Of a stretch of DNA of 32,356 nucleotides, positions 1 to 10,475 are shown piece after piece. The notes below the pieces were generated by a model that saw only the letters and a list, made by a program, of their open reading frames with translations, was not told the origin of the DNA and ran no database searches. Position numbers and translations under genes: made by a program. Source of the DNA: Bigelowiella natans CCMP2755 (lineage: Eukaryota; Protista; Cercozoa); assembly GCA_000320545.1 (NCBI GenBank), contig ADNK01002868.1, positions 1 through 32,356 of the forward strand, written 5' to 3'. Numbering within the stretch: the stretch's first letter is position 1; each line of letters opens with the position of its first letter.

Positions 1-264
1 AATAAAAAGGGGGGGGGGGTTTGGGTAGTGTGTGCGGTTTGTGTAGATAAAAAACTACGCGTTTTTGTGGGGGCGGGACTCCTCTTTGAAACCATGGGGG
101 GGGTAGACCCCCCCCCCCCGGGGGGGGAGAAGAGGAAACTTTTCCGCCATCAGCTTTTTCCCCTTTTTTTTTCAACTTCATCTTGGCAAAAGATGTCTTG
201 TGAGGGGGTCCAGAAGAAAATGAAAACTGGGAGGCGGGGGGGTCCATTATCAAAGCACCTTTCC

Positions 265-400
265 AGACACACACACACACACACACTTAGAGACGCCCGA
301 TATTTATATATATATATATATATATTCCTTATAAACACCCATATCGTGCGTGTGTTTGTGTGTGTTTGTGTGTGTGTGAGTGTGTGTGTGTGTGTGTGTG
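265..400. repeat. Compound microsatellite (CA)n/(TA)n/(TG)n
   Basis: Directly visible. Similar (TA)n tracts occur near 666-698, 4087-4118, 4730-4758, 5380-5410 and 5909-5946. Confidence 0.95.
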
Positions 401-403
401 TAT

Positions 404-662
404 TCACGCACGTTGGAGTCTATTTTGATGCGCTCCCGTGAGCTGTAGCAAGAAATTCAACGCAAAGGAAACACTATTTCTTTTCTCGCTGCCCCCCCCC
501 CTGCTACTCTGCCCAGCCTCAGCAAACAAGCTCTGGAAGAATCGCAGCCAGGTCGTATCCGAAAGCTTCACCTCGAGCCTATCAGCCTCGAGAATGCAAG
601 CCATTGAAATGTCTAAGGATCGATCTGGCCGTTGTCGTTTCCCTTTGCCTAACTAAAATATA

Positions 663-699
<37 letters not shown>

Positions 700-2306
700 C
701 ATCATTTGTCGGTGTAGCGCGCGCTTTGGGCTGAAGATAGAGAGCACGAAGTGTGGGAATGGTTGATACCGTGAGTCTTGAGATAATGTCTTCGCAAACA
801 ATGGAAGCTCTTGAGGATCCCCCGCTCTCGAAAGCGTCGTTGACCTCTTTCCTCACCGCCTCCTCAGTGGGGGGGGGGGCACTGGAAGATTTTAAGAGTA
901 AAAAGGAGCAGGGGAGGGGGGGACGGGGGGATGCGTAAGCGAGAAAGAATCACTGCATCGGTGAGATATCATTGTAATCGGCACAACGCCACCACCATCA
1001 ATCACATCATGAACTACTGACGATGATGGTGGATGCGACGGCGCGGATTGGGGAGACGTTGTGCTGCTGCTAGTGCTGAAGCTGTTGGCCACGGTCCTAC
1101 GATAGGGCCAACCACCGAAGCTGGAAGAAGAAAGCCTTTCTAAGCTCACATTCGTCCTGTTGACAATAATGTGAGAGTGAATGAACTAGCATCTTTCTCC
1201 CTCCCCCCCCCCCCTTCCTCCCGTGCACACATCCCTACCTCCTCGCACGATGCATATTTCGATGGATTGAATAGCGCATTGGTGGGTACGACGCTACTCC
1301 GGCCCTTAGCCCCCTCCCCTTCGAGAGGGGAGGGGGCTGCAGGAGTTGGACGGCGAAGCACGTCCTTCGCATTGTTGCCAAAAGTGTTGCGGAAAGAGTC
1401 GAAGAAAAAAAAATTTTTTCATAGATATTTCCAGGGCATATTTTTTCTTAGTTTTTCCAAAGTTGTAATCATCAAGCATTAGATATTTTTCGTATTAAAA
1501 TTTGACCAAAGAGTGCAAGCGGATGGTGCCTCGCCTGCAATGCTGCAGGCCCTAGCCCTCCTCCTTGCCCCCCTCCCTTAGCACACCGGCGACGCGCGCT
1601 GCAACTCCATCCTCCAGCCCATTAATGGAGATTCAAACTGATATCGGATTAGAAGGGCTATGCGGAGGAGCGTGATCTATTCCAGGAAAGGGTGGAGGGG
1701 GGCCTTCTCCCCCCCCTTCTATCCCGGAACGCCACAGAGATTCGGAAGCGGCTGAAGCGGTTCAAGGCCTTCCGGTCGCACCCCCGCACTCTGCTGTAAA
1801 TGGGACGATGTGGGATCAGAAGGAAAGCTGGGTCAAAAGGCGTTGGAGACCGCGAACGCTAGTTTGCAGTGCGGTAGCCAAACCAACACATTCTATGCAA
1901 AATGCTGTGTGTACAGCTATTACATCTAGACCATACCCGGCCCTCCGCCAACACCCCCTCGCTTTCTCAATCGCCCCCCCCTCCCCCCCCCCCTCTCCTA
2001 TATCCTCTCCCATGTTCCATAGCTCAAAGTTGCCGTCGCCAAACTCAAAACACATCCCGACGAGGTAGTTAGTCAGGATGATGTGTGAAAATCAACGTGC
2101 GAACGAGCGAGCGAACGAGCGAGAGACGACGTGAATACTCGATTGCTCATTCCTCTCTCAAAATCGAACTTTACGCCGCAGTCCGTCGCGAAGGCATCCG
2201 CGGAAATCGTCAGCCTCTGGTGCTCGCGCCTCTCCACGGAGGACAAGAAGGCCATGCGGTCTAGGTGAGCTTCATCGATGAGGACTTTGTAACTTTCCGT
2301 GTATTC
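404..2306 (-). CDS. Probable spliced hypothetical protein gene; exon structure unresolved
   Basis: Chain of protein-like minus-strand ORF segments (EYTESYKVLIDEAHLDRMAFLSSVERREHQR after a tttag acceptor near 2307; 1816-2055; 1146-1361; 653-856; 404-604). No recognisable domain. G/C homopolymers make the frames unreliable. Confidence 0.3.
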
Positions 2307-2363
2307 CTAAACACACAGCTTCGGCAGTATCATCTATGAAACTGTGGTATTCAGGGAGCGGGG

Positions 2364-4015
2364 ATGGCGCGCAGTGGGGGGGGGGGGGGGCATATTTCCT
2401 CTATTTCCCCTCTTATATTGAGTTTCTATAAACTCTTCAGTCGGCGAAAAGCGAGCGCGTCTTCTGGGAGGAAGCGGCGCTGTCGGAGTGAGGGAGGGGG
2501 GCAGAAAGAGAGGGGGGGGGGGGGCTCCAGCTCCAGCACAAACCACAGGAACATGAGTTGCTCTACCCTCCACGACACCTCGAAGCGAAGGAAGAAGAAA
2601 GATGACCGCTCTCTTAGCGCCGTCGATGCCATTACTCTATTTGCAGATGAGAGCAGAAGGAGTAGTAGCACGAACAGCAGCGACAGGGTTGCTGCGAGCC
2701 GCCGCCTCCTTAGATGCCCCCTCTGTTGGTCTTCTTCGCAGAAGTTCTTCCGAGGGGTGAAGGGGCTGCGGACTCATCTAATGTACAGCAGCAAGCACAA
2801 CGCGGCGCAGGGCGGTCTTGCGAAAGCAGCAATCACGAGCGCCATTGCAGCTGCCTTAGCAGCGACCTCCTCCCCCTCCTCCTCCTCCTCCTTCACCTCC
2901 TCCTCATCATCATCATCATCATCGTCGTCGTCGTCGTTGTCGTCATCAATAGCACCGTCATCGATAGTAACAGCGGCCACACCACACGGTAGCTTGCATC
3001 ATATCCGAGCAAAACGAAAAATCCTTACTGTTTCATAGCGTGATGATCGTTAAGTGTTATACCCTCCCCCCCCCCACCCACCAATCTCCACCGCTGACCT
3101 CTCTCTCTTTTTCTCTCTCTCTGTATCAATTCCTTCCGCCGATGTCTTTTGATCTACACCGTGCTCATCACTACCGCATTTTATTAACAGCTCCAGGCAA
3201 GGGGGTTGGGGGGGGGGCGGATATGAAGAAACCCTCTGTAGATCTAACGCCAAAGCTGTTGTTATCTTCCTTGTCGTCGCGGCCTCAAAAGAGCCTTGAT
3301 GATCCTCTCCTCGCTGCCGCAAGGGCCGGCGATTTGCATCGCCTACAAAGGCTTTTGCGAAGGGGTGGGGGGGGGGGAGTTATCGAGGATGGTACTCAAA
3401 GGAGTCGAGACCTACTCAACTGGTGGGTGGCGGTGGGGATGTGAGCTGCTGCTGTGATTTTTGGAAAGATGGCAATTTATTGTGTGTGTGTGGGGGGGGG
3501 CGCTTAAAGCTGGTTGTTGTTGTCGCCGTCGTCGTTTTTGTTTCTGTTGTTGTCGTGGCGTGGGGTGGGTGGGATTGCAGCGATGATGGTGATGATGATG
3601 ATGGTAGTGATGACGATGGTGACGATGATGCTGATGATGATTATTGTTGATGATGATGATGATGATGATGATGGCTTTTATTGGGAGGTTCCTCGTTATA
3701 GGAAGAATTCAAGCTGGAACTTTTGAAAGCTATTTTTTTCTTTTTAAAGTCGTATAGTTTATCATTCACTCTCCCTCCCCTTAACCCCCACCTCCCTTCC
3801 TCCCTCTCCGTTTCTACTATCACCAGGGCTGGTTGGGTCGGGGAATAAAGATCTTGTTGCATTCCTGGGAATTAAAGTCACATCTGTTTTGATGAGGATG
3901 ATGATGTTAATGATGATGATAATGGTGTTCGCGATGTCGGTGTTGATGATAATGCTATCTCTGGGATTTAAAAGGCGTTTTGCGCTATGCTCCGCAACAC
4001 AGCAGCCATTACACC

Positions 4016-4052
<37 letters not shown>

Positions 4053-4081
4053 TGTGTAATTATAATTAATATATTTTAATG

Positions 4082-4120
<39 letters not shown>

Positions 4121-4724
4121 CATATTTGTATTGGCGCGCTTGCGTGGTGCATATGCACTCGCACCCACCCAGCACCATTGCGGGAGAAGTCAGTGCCTGT
4201 GATGCTTTGACCCTCCACACAGATCGAAGACCACGGCTTTAATCCAGCCGGTTACATCCACGCCCATCATGCCAGCGGCCCTCCCCCACGGAGCAGGATT
4301 GAAGCGCCCTCCTCCCTCCATCCCCCCCCCTCACGTCGAAGAACCGAGATCGCTGATACGACAACTGGGAGTAGCGGGAGCGAGGCAATGAAGCTGCCCC
4401 CCCCCAGCATCACTAGTGCTGAAAATAGAGGGATAACTGACAACAATAGCAGCAGCAGCAGCAGTAGTAGTAATAGTAGTGGTGTGAGTAGAACGCTCGT
4501 TTCCACGAGAAAGCGGGGGGGGGGCGGCGAGGGAGGGGGGGGGGGGGAGGAAAGGGATACTACACGGTTTGGTCGCCAACCGTTGCATTGGGCCGCTCGC
4601 CATGGGTATCTATGCTGTCGATCGTGTGTTTGAGTGTGTTTGTGTGTGTTTGAGTGTGTTTGTGATTGTTTGCTTGCGTTTTTGTGTATTGTTCTTTACC
4701 ACACAGAGTTTTATATGTATATAA

Positions 4725-4762
<38 letters not shown>

Positions 4763-5375
4763 TGAATATTGTTTTCTTTTTATTGCTTTTGAGCGTCTAT
4801 GCTACAACGCGTACCTGCGACATGGCAGAACACGCACACACGCACACACGCACACTCACTCACACACACACGCACACACACACACACATAAATATAAAAT
4901 GCACAACATCCATACCTTTGCGCACGATGTATATGCACGCTGCGTGGTAAAAGGTGGGCAGACATCGTGAGATACCTGCTGGAGGAGCATGGTGCGCATG
5001 TCGCTGCCGATGCGAGGACTAAAGACGGCACTACCCCCTTCCATCTTGCGTGTTACGCGGGACATTTAGAGGTGTATACAGCCGGAGCTGATGCTGATAG
5101 CATCGCATCCTTTCTCCTTCTCATCTTGCAGTAGCATACTTGTACTTCGGCGCATTTATATTATTGTTGATGTACTCACACGTTGAAGGTGGCGAAATAT
5201 CTTCTCTCCAAGGGCGCAGACGCGCGCACCGCGAACAGCTACGGATGCGACGCCACGCATTGGGTAAGTAGTCGTGCGCGAGGGATTTGTACCAAATAAC
5301 ATAGGCTCTTTTTCTCTTTCTCTCTCTATCACTCTCTCGCCCCCCCCCCTTCCCCCCGCTTTCCGAAGAGATATC

Positions 5376-5416
<41 letters not shown>

Positions 5417-5754
5417 TCTTATACTTCTATATAAATTATCGTGTTTGTCCAAACACGCTACGCTGCGCGCAGGTGGCGATGGGCGGGGACGTGGCCACTG
5501 CGAAATGGCTGATAGACGAGCTGAAGCTTGAATTCAACTCGGTCCAAAACGACGGTCACACGTCGCTCCACAAGGCGGCGTTAAAGGGGCAGAAGCCTAT
5601 GCTAGCGTATCTTCTAAGCCATGCATCAATCAGCGCGAACAGCGCACTGCTGCAGCTTCGAGATCATAGCGGAGCCACCGCGTTTGATCTAATGGAGGCA
5701 ATGTGGCCTGCTGCTGCTGCTGCTGCTGTAAAGCCGTCTGATGCTGCTACTTAA
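2364..5754 (+). CDS. C2H2-type zinc finger plus ankyrin-repeat protein, multi-exon; 5' structure uncertain
   Basis: RCPLCWSSSQKFFRGVKGLRTHLMYSSKH (C2H2-like) in ORF 2364-3038. Ankyrin motifs PLLAAARAGDL and GRQPLHWAARHG (exon ends 4605); exon 4954-5071 (GWADIVRYLL...DGTTPFHLACYAGHLE); exon 5189-5263 (VAKYLLSKGADARTANSYGCDATHW); exon 5473-5754 (NDGHTSLHKAALKGQ). The last four exons join in phase through GT-AG introns. Confidence 0.85.
3582..3672. repeat. (GAT)n trinucleotide microsatellite, intronic
   Basis: Directly visible. Confidence 0.9.
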
Positions 5755-5904
5755 TGCAAAGAGGAGCATTGAAGATAATGGATAATAGCTGCGGAGAATT
5801 GATTTTTATTCCGCGTACCGGAGGCGATATATGATTTCAAGATGATTAAAAAGCGCTATGCGAGGTCGGTGCGATGCATGTGTACATCGTACGTTCTACA
5901 AGCG

Positions 5905-5953
<49 letters not shown>

Positions 5954-7296
5954 TTGCATATCTATCATAGCGCATGCGTACGTGCGTGTGTTGTTGGCAC
6001 ATGTGCGCACTATAAGACGCATGCGCAAAATTGCAGTCCTCATGGCATCTGCATGTGCGAGATGACTAGTATGACTAGGCAGCACGATGTATTGACAATC
6101 AAATTTTCTAATCATTGTCATCTTTACGTGCAGCTGCTGCGCAACATGCGCTAGAATGCTGCGTGCTGCCAGCGCTTATCAGTTATTTTGCACGTGCACC
6201 ATCAGCAGTGCACACACATACTAGCATGCGTCGATTTGTCGTGATCGATGGCAGAACAGTGCGAGTTTACTTCATTACATGCATGTCTCAGTGACAAGCT
6301 AGCTAGCTAGGTCTAGTAGATGTTGTAGTGTGTCGCTATGCATGATGATTGCAGCATGCAGGCTACTACGCGCGTGGTGTAGCAACGTCTAGAACGTGAT
6401 GTGCAAGACTCATCATGCACAACGCTCAGATAGGTAGATCACTGCTAGAACTAGTGTTATCACATGCTAGTTGTACAGTCGCAGGCATGCTGCATGCAAG
6501 CTAGCAAGGGGGTTTGATGTGTGACTGTCTGACTGTGCTGCAGGCAGCCGCATGTCGGAGCTGCTGCATGCACATGTCGATCATGAATGCATATCAACGC
6601 TAGAACGCTGTGGCATGACCATGTGAGCGCACATGTAGCATCTGTATTTTAAGCGCTGAATGCACCCGCTGCTTTGCGCAAAGCTTCACACACACACAGA
6701 CACAAGGATGGCGATTGAAAGATAGAAGTGCGCTAGATCGAGTGACTAGCTGCTACTAGATTAAAGTAATATAATCTACTAGATCTAGCTAGTCGTAATC
6801 ATTGCGCGGTCACGCCCGTCTCCTAGCGCACCGCATGCTCTAGCTAGCTAGAGTAGCTCTATGCGAACGACACGTCTGGGCAACTGCTGCTGTGTTGTAA
6901 TAAACGCATTATACATTCGTTAAACGTGCAAAGCTGCTATGCTAGTATGCATGCGTGCGCTAGCGTAGTCTAGCTAATCGTAGATGACATTACATAGCAG
7001 AAAACGATTGCAGTTAATTATAACATGCAGCTTCACCAATTGCACACATCTGGACATGCCACGACAACATGCACGCTGTTCGATCAGTGTCGGACGCAAA
7101 ATGGGCATAAACTTCGCAGTGATGTGGTAGCTATGGACGTGCGTGTGCATCATCAAACAATGGAGATGAAATAGCGCACGCACGCATTGCATCATCACCA
7201 CTAGCTATATTTCGTCAATTCCTATGCGTATGCACAAAACCCCACCTTGCAACAAACAGCGCCTTCCAACAACGCTGAACAAGCAACAACGACGTC

Positions 7297-8571
7297 TCAG
7301 AAAATCCATCCTTGATTGATTCTTGGCAGGTTCTTCTCCTTCTTCTTGTACTCTCCCTTGGGATCAAACAGCTTTGTCACTAGTTCAGGCCCAACGCAAT
7401 TCTCACGGAGACGCGCGAGAGACGCAGTCCACCAGATGTCGAAGCTCTTTTCGTAGCACCTGAATCAACAACCGAGCAATGATGTATGATCGCGCGACTT
7501 CGCGTTCTAAAATGGCTTCAATGAATGAGGCTGTTGTTCAAGAGAGGGGAGGAAAACTTACTCGAGAGCCTTAAGACAGTCCTTCTCCACGCCGCGACCG
7601 AGAGCATAGCAGCGTCCAAGATTGTTAAGGCCGAGTATGTAGCCTTGATCCGCCGATTTTCGGTACCAAGCGACCGCCTTCTTGTAATCTACATCCACAC
7701 CCTCTCCCCATGCGTAGCAATGTGCTAAGTTGTTCTGTCCTATCGGGTTTCCTTGTTCAGCGGCCCTTCGATACCTGAAGCATGCGAACCAAAGCATAGG
7801 AGGGGGGAGAGGAAGGGATTGTCGCCGGTTAGATGGCTCGCCGCGGTTTTGTTTCCGACATGCCCCTCCCCCTCCCCCTCACCCCGCCCCCTTCAATTCG
7901 GAATTTATTTGTTTTCGCCCTGTTTACAACTGAGTTCAATTTGTTTATTGTCGATGTCATCACTACTACCAGCACCACCTCCAGCAGCAGCAGCAGCACA
8001 CGTGAATATCTCTCATGAGTTCTCCTAATCTACGTCGAGGCTACTTCCTACCATTTCGCGCCCTCGACGGGATTCAAGGGCATCCCTTCCGCGTGCATGT
8101 AGCACTGTCCTACGTCCGTCTGTGCATCTGCATGGCCTTGCTCGGCAGCCTTGAGGTACATGTGCGCGGCCTTTTCTAAGTCTCGCCTCACACCCAGAGC
8201 ATAGAAATAGCACACTCCAAGGTTGTACTGGCCGAGGGGGTCGCCGGCATCAGCAGCTTTTTTGTACCATTCCACCGCCTTCTTATAGTCTCTCTCTACA
8301 CCCAAACCATTTTCGTAACAGTAGCCCAGGCTTTCGGGGCGATTAGGAGGTCATGAAACAACAATCAGGGCAAACGTTAGTTAGTTCAGGAAAGCTCGAT
8401 TTCCTTGTGTTATTTCCAGATTTCACGCTTTTCTTCTTCAAACGTTTGAGGGTGGGGAAAAAAGATCACAACGTACCTTGTTTGTGCCCAGGGGACTCCG
8501 TTGCGGGCCTTCTCGAGGTACCGCAAGGCGTGCACGCCCACCAGGGAGCTGTCCACCGGATGCCTCTCCAT
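7297..8571 (-). CDS. Sel1-like repeat (SLR/TPR-like) protein, 4 exons, ~249 aa
   Basis: Exons 8571-8477, 8330-8052, 7774-7562 and 7459-7297 join in frame (750 nt) through GT-AG introns. Repeats include AQTSLGYCYENGLGVERDYKKAVEWYKKAADAG, GQYNLGVCYFYALGV and GQNNLAHCYAWGEGVDVDYKKAVAWYRKSADQG. Additional upstream exons are not excluded. Confidence 0.92.
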
Positions 8572-8939
8572 TCTGACCACTTACTACGATTTAGGCAAAT
8601 TCAGGAGCCGAAAAATAAACGAACTTTTTATCGAAGGAATGCCATGCTTTTGCTGTCATTCTTAGGTGGGCGACAGGCCTTTCCACGTATGAACGCATAG
8701 GATTTTTGAGGCATCTCTGAAAGGAGAAAAATCGTGGATGTTTATGTCTCGCGACAATTGGATATGAGCCGTCGAATTTTGATTTGTACTGATCACTGAT
8801 CTTGGTATTTCAGATTTGCGGCTTCTTTGGAGAACACAGAGGGGAAACTTGCATCGTCATGGACATGTTGTTGTCGCAGATTCATGTTCCTGCAGGAAAT
8901 GTGACCAATTAGTAATTGCCTAAAACTCATCTTTGCGAC

Positions 8940-10200
8940 ATGGATTTTTGCCTTCATCATTGGCACGCATGCAGGCAGTCATCGTCGACATCGACAGGGC
9001 TTTCCGTCGAACCACCATCCTGCTCGATGATTTTGCTGCTGTCCTCGCAATTGTTGATTTTTGTTGAGGCGCTGCTACGTGGTCATGCAATGTGGTTCTT
9101 GCTCGTGTGGTTTTGCATCAATGCTTTCTTCATTGCTCATTGTTCATTGCTGTTCGCCAATCTCTGCTGCGTGCAAATGCCTGTCTCCCATGTGGTTCTG
9201 GCGCATGTAGTTTTGATCAACGCTTTCTTCATTGTTCATTGTTCATTGTTCTAGTTTTTCCCCGCCGTCGCAAAACTCTCATTTTTTTTTGTGCCCGGTT
9301 CCGATTGCCAGTTTCAGTTGGAACTTGGGCACACGCTCCAGATGCTGACAATGCTGACATCATTGTCAATCAACAGTTGGTTCTCCTAGCCCCCGGTTTC
9401 TCGTCTTCCACACCAGCACACTTCCACAGCTTCCTCAGGTGCAAATTGTTGACCAGTTGTGCCGCGCATCAATCACCAACAGGCTGGCAGGGTGCTGACA
9501 AGTCCTCGAAATGATTTTTGCTGAGGCGCTGCTGCACGCACACACTTGTCTCCCATGTGGTTTTGGCGCATGCAGATTTGCATCAATGCTTTGCTCATTG
9601 TTCGTTGTTCATTGTTCATTGCGTCCAGAATGCACAGAATGGGTGTGGCTAGGTGGGCTGCCTGGCTAGCTAGCTGTCCAATTGCAGATGAACAATGGAA
9701 ACTTCAATGACAGACAAACACCTGAGATCTGTGGTCTGCCATGCATGGATGGCCCAAGCAGTGCTTGAACGTCCACTTGTTTGCAACACCACTAGCTAGC
9801 CAGACCTGCCTAGCTAGCTAGCTGCGTGGATGCCCAGTTGTCACTCTGGCTAGCTCTGGAGCTGGCTAGCTCCATGGCTCCAGAGCCAGCTGTGTTTTCT
9901 GGCTTTGCTGCACGTGCAAACAGCGCTGCACGCCAACACGTGACAGTGCCGCAGAATGAGTGGCTGTGACAGGCTCTAGCAAGAGGCTGACCACGCAATT
10001 TCACGTGCAGATCACGCATGCTGGCATGTCAGATCCAGAGATGTGTGTCTAGATGTGTTCAAATGAGAGCGCACATCCTGATCTAGTGATGTCCCAAGGC
10101 ATCTAGCTAGCTAGGCTAGCTCTAGAGCTGGATGCTTGCTAGCTTGACCAGTGTGCCAAGGCCTTCGATGTTCGTTTCTTGCTTCCTCAGAAGCTAGTTG
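8940..10200. other. TpA-depleted, CTAG-enriched intergenic block (degenerate repeat DNA)
   Basis: Between ~9211 and ~10199 every TA I could find (about 20) lies within CTAG. Confidence 0.85.
9041..9622 (+). repeat. Three diverged copies of a ~90-120 bp element ending in a (TTCATTG)n tail; SINE/LINE-3'-end-like
   Basis: Copies at ~9041-9150, ~9162-9251 and ~9502-9622 share atgtggtt..gc...g..ttt..atcaa.gcttt followed by cattgttcattgttcattg. Confidence 0.65.
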
Positions 10201-10475
10201 TAGTTCCAGAGTTCAGTGCTGTCTAGCTGTCTTCTAGTCTTAGCGCACTCTCATGTGTGCACACAGAAGACTAGAAGACCGCTAAGATGGATGTGAACTG
10301 TCTTAGCGCACCATCATGCATGCACATTCATAAGAGCGCAAAGATAGTGTTACGCACATGATGCATGTATGGTTAGATGGCATGCATGCAAATTTGAAGT
10401 TTTGATGACACAAGCGTGCTCGTCATGTACATGCACAGGGCCAAATTTGTGCTCCAAGATCCACACATCCACATG

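Noticed and set aside
28-441. ORFs with YIYI, VCVC, THTH, poly-M or poly-D runs here and elsewhere
   Set aside because: Translations of microsatellites.
1600-2055. Possible in-frame TGA readthrough or alternative genetic code in the left-hand minus-strand gene
   Set aside because: Reading through TGA still meets TAG, and other genes in the window use TGA as a normal stop (Sel1, PI3K, ankyrin array).
3420-3880. Apparent frameshift or non-canonical splice site in the zinc-finger/ankyrin gene, suggesting a pseudogene
   Set aside because: The region is homopolymer- and microsatellite-rich and probably has consensus errors. Downstream exons are intact, so it cannot be called without reads.
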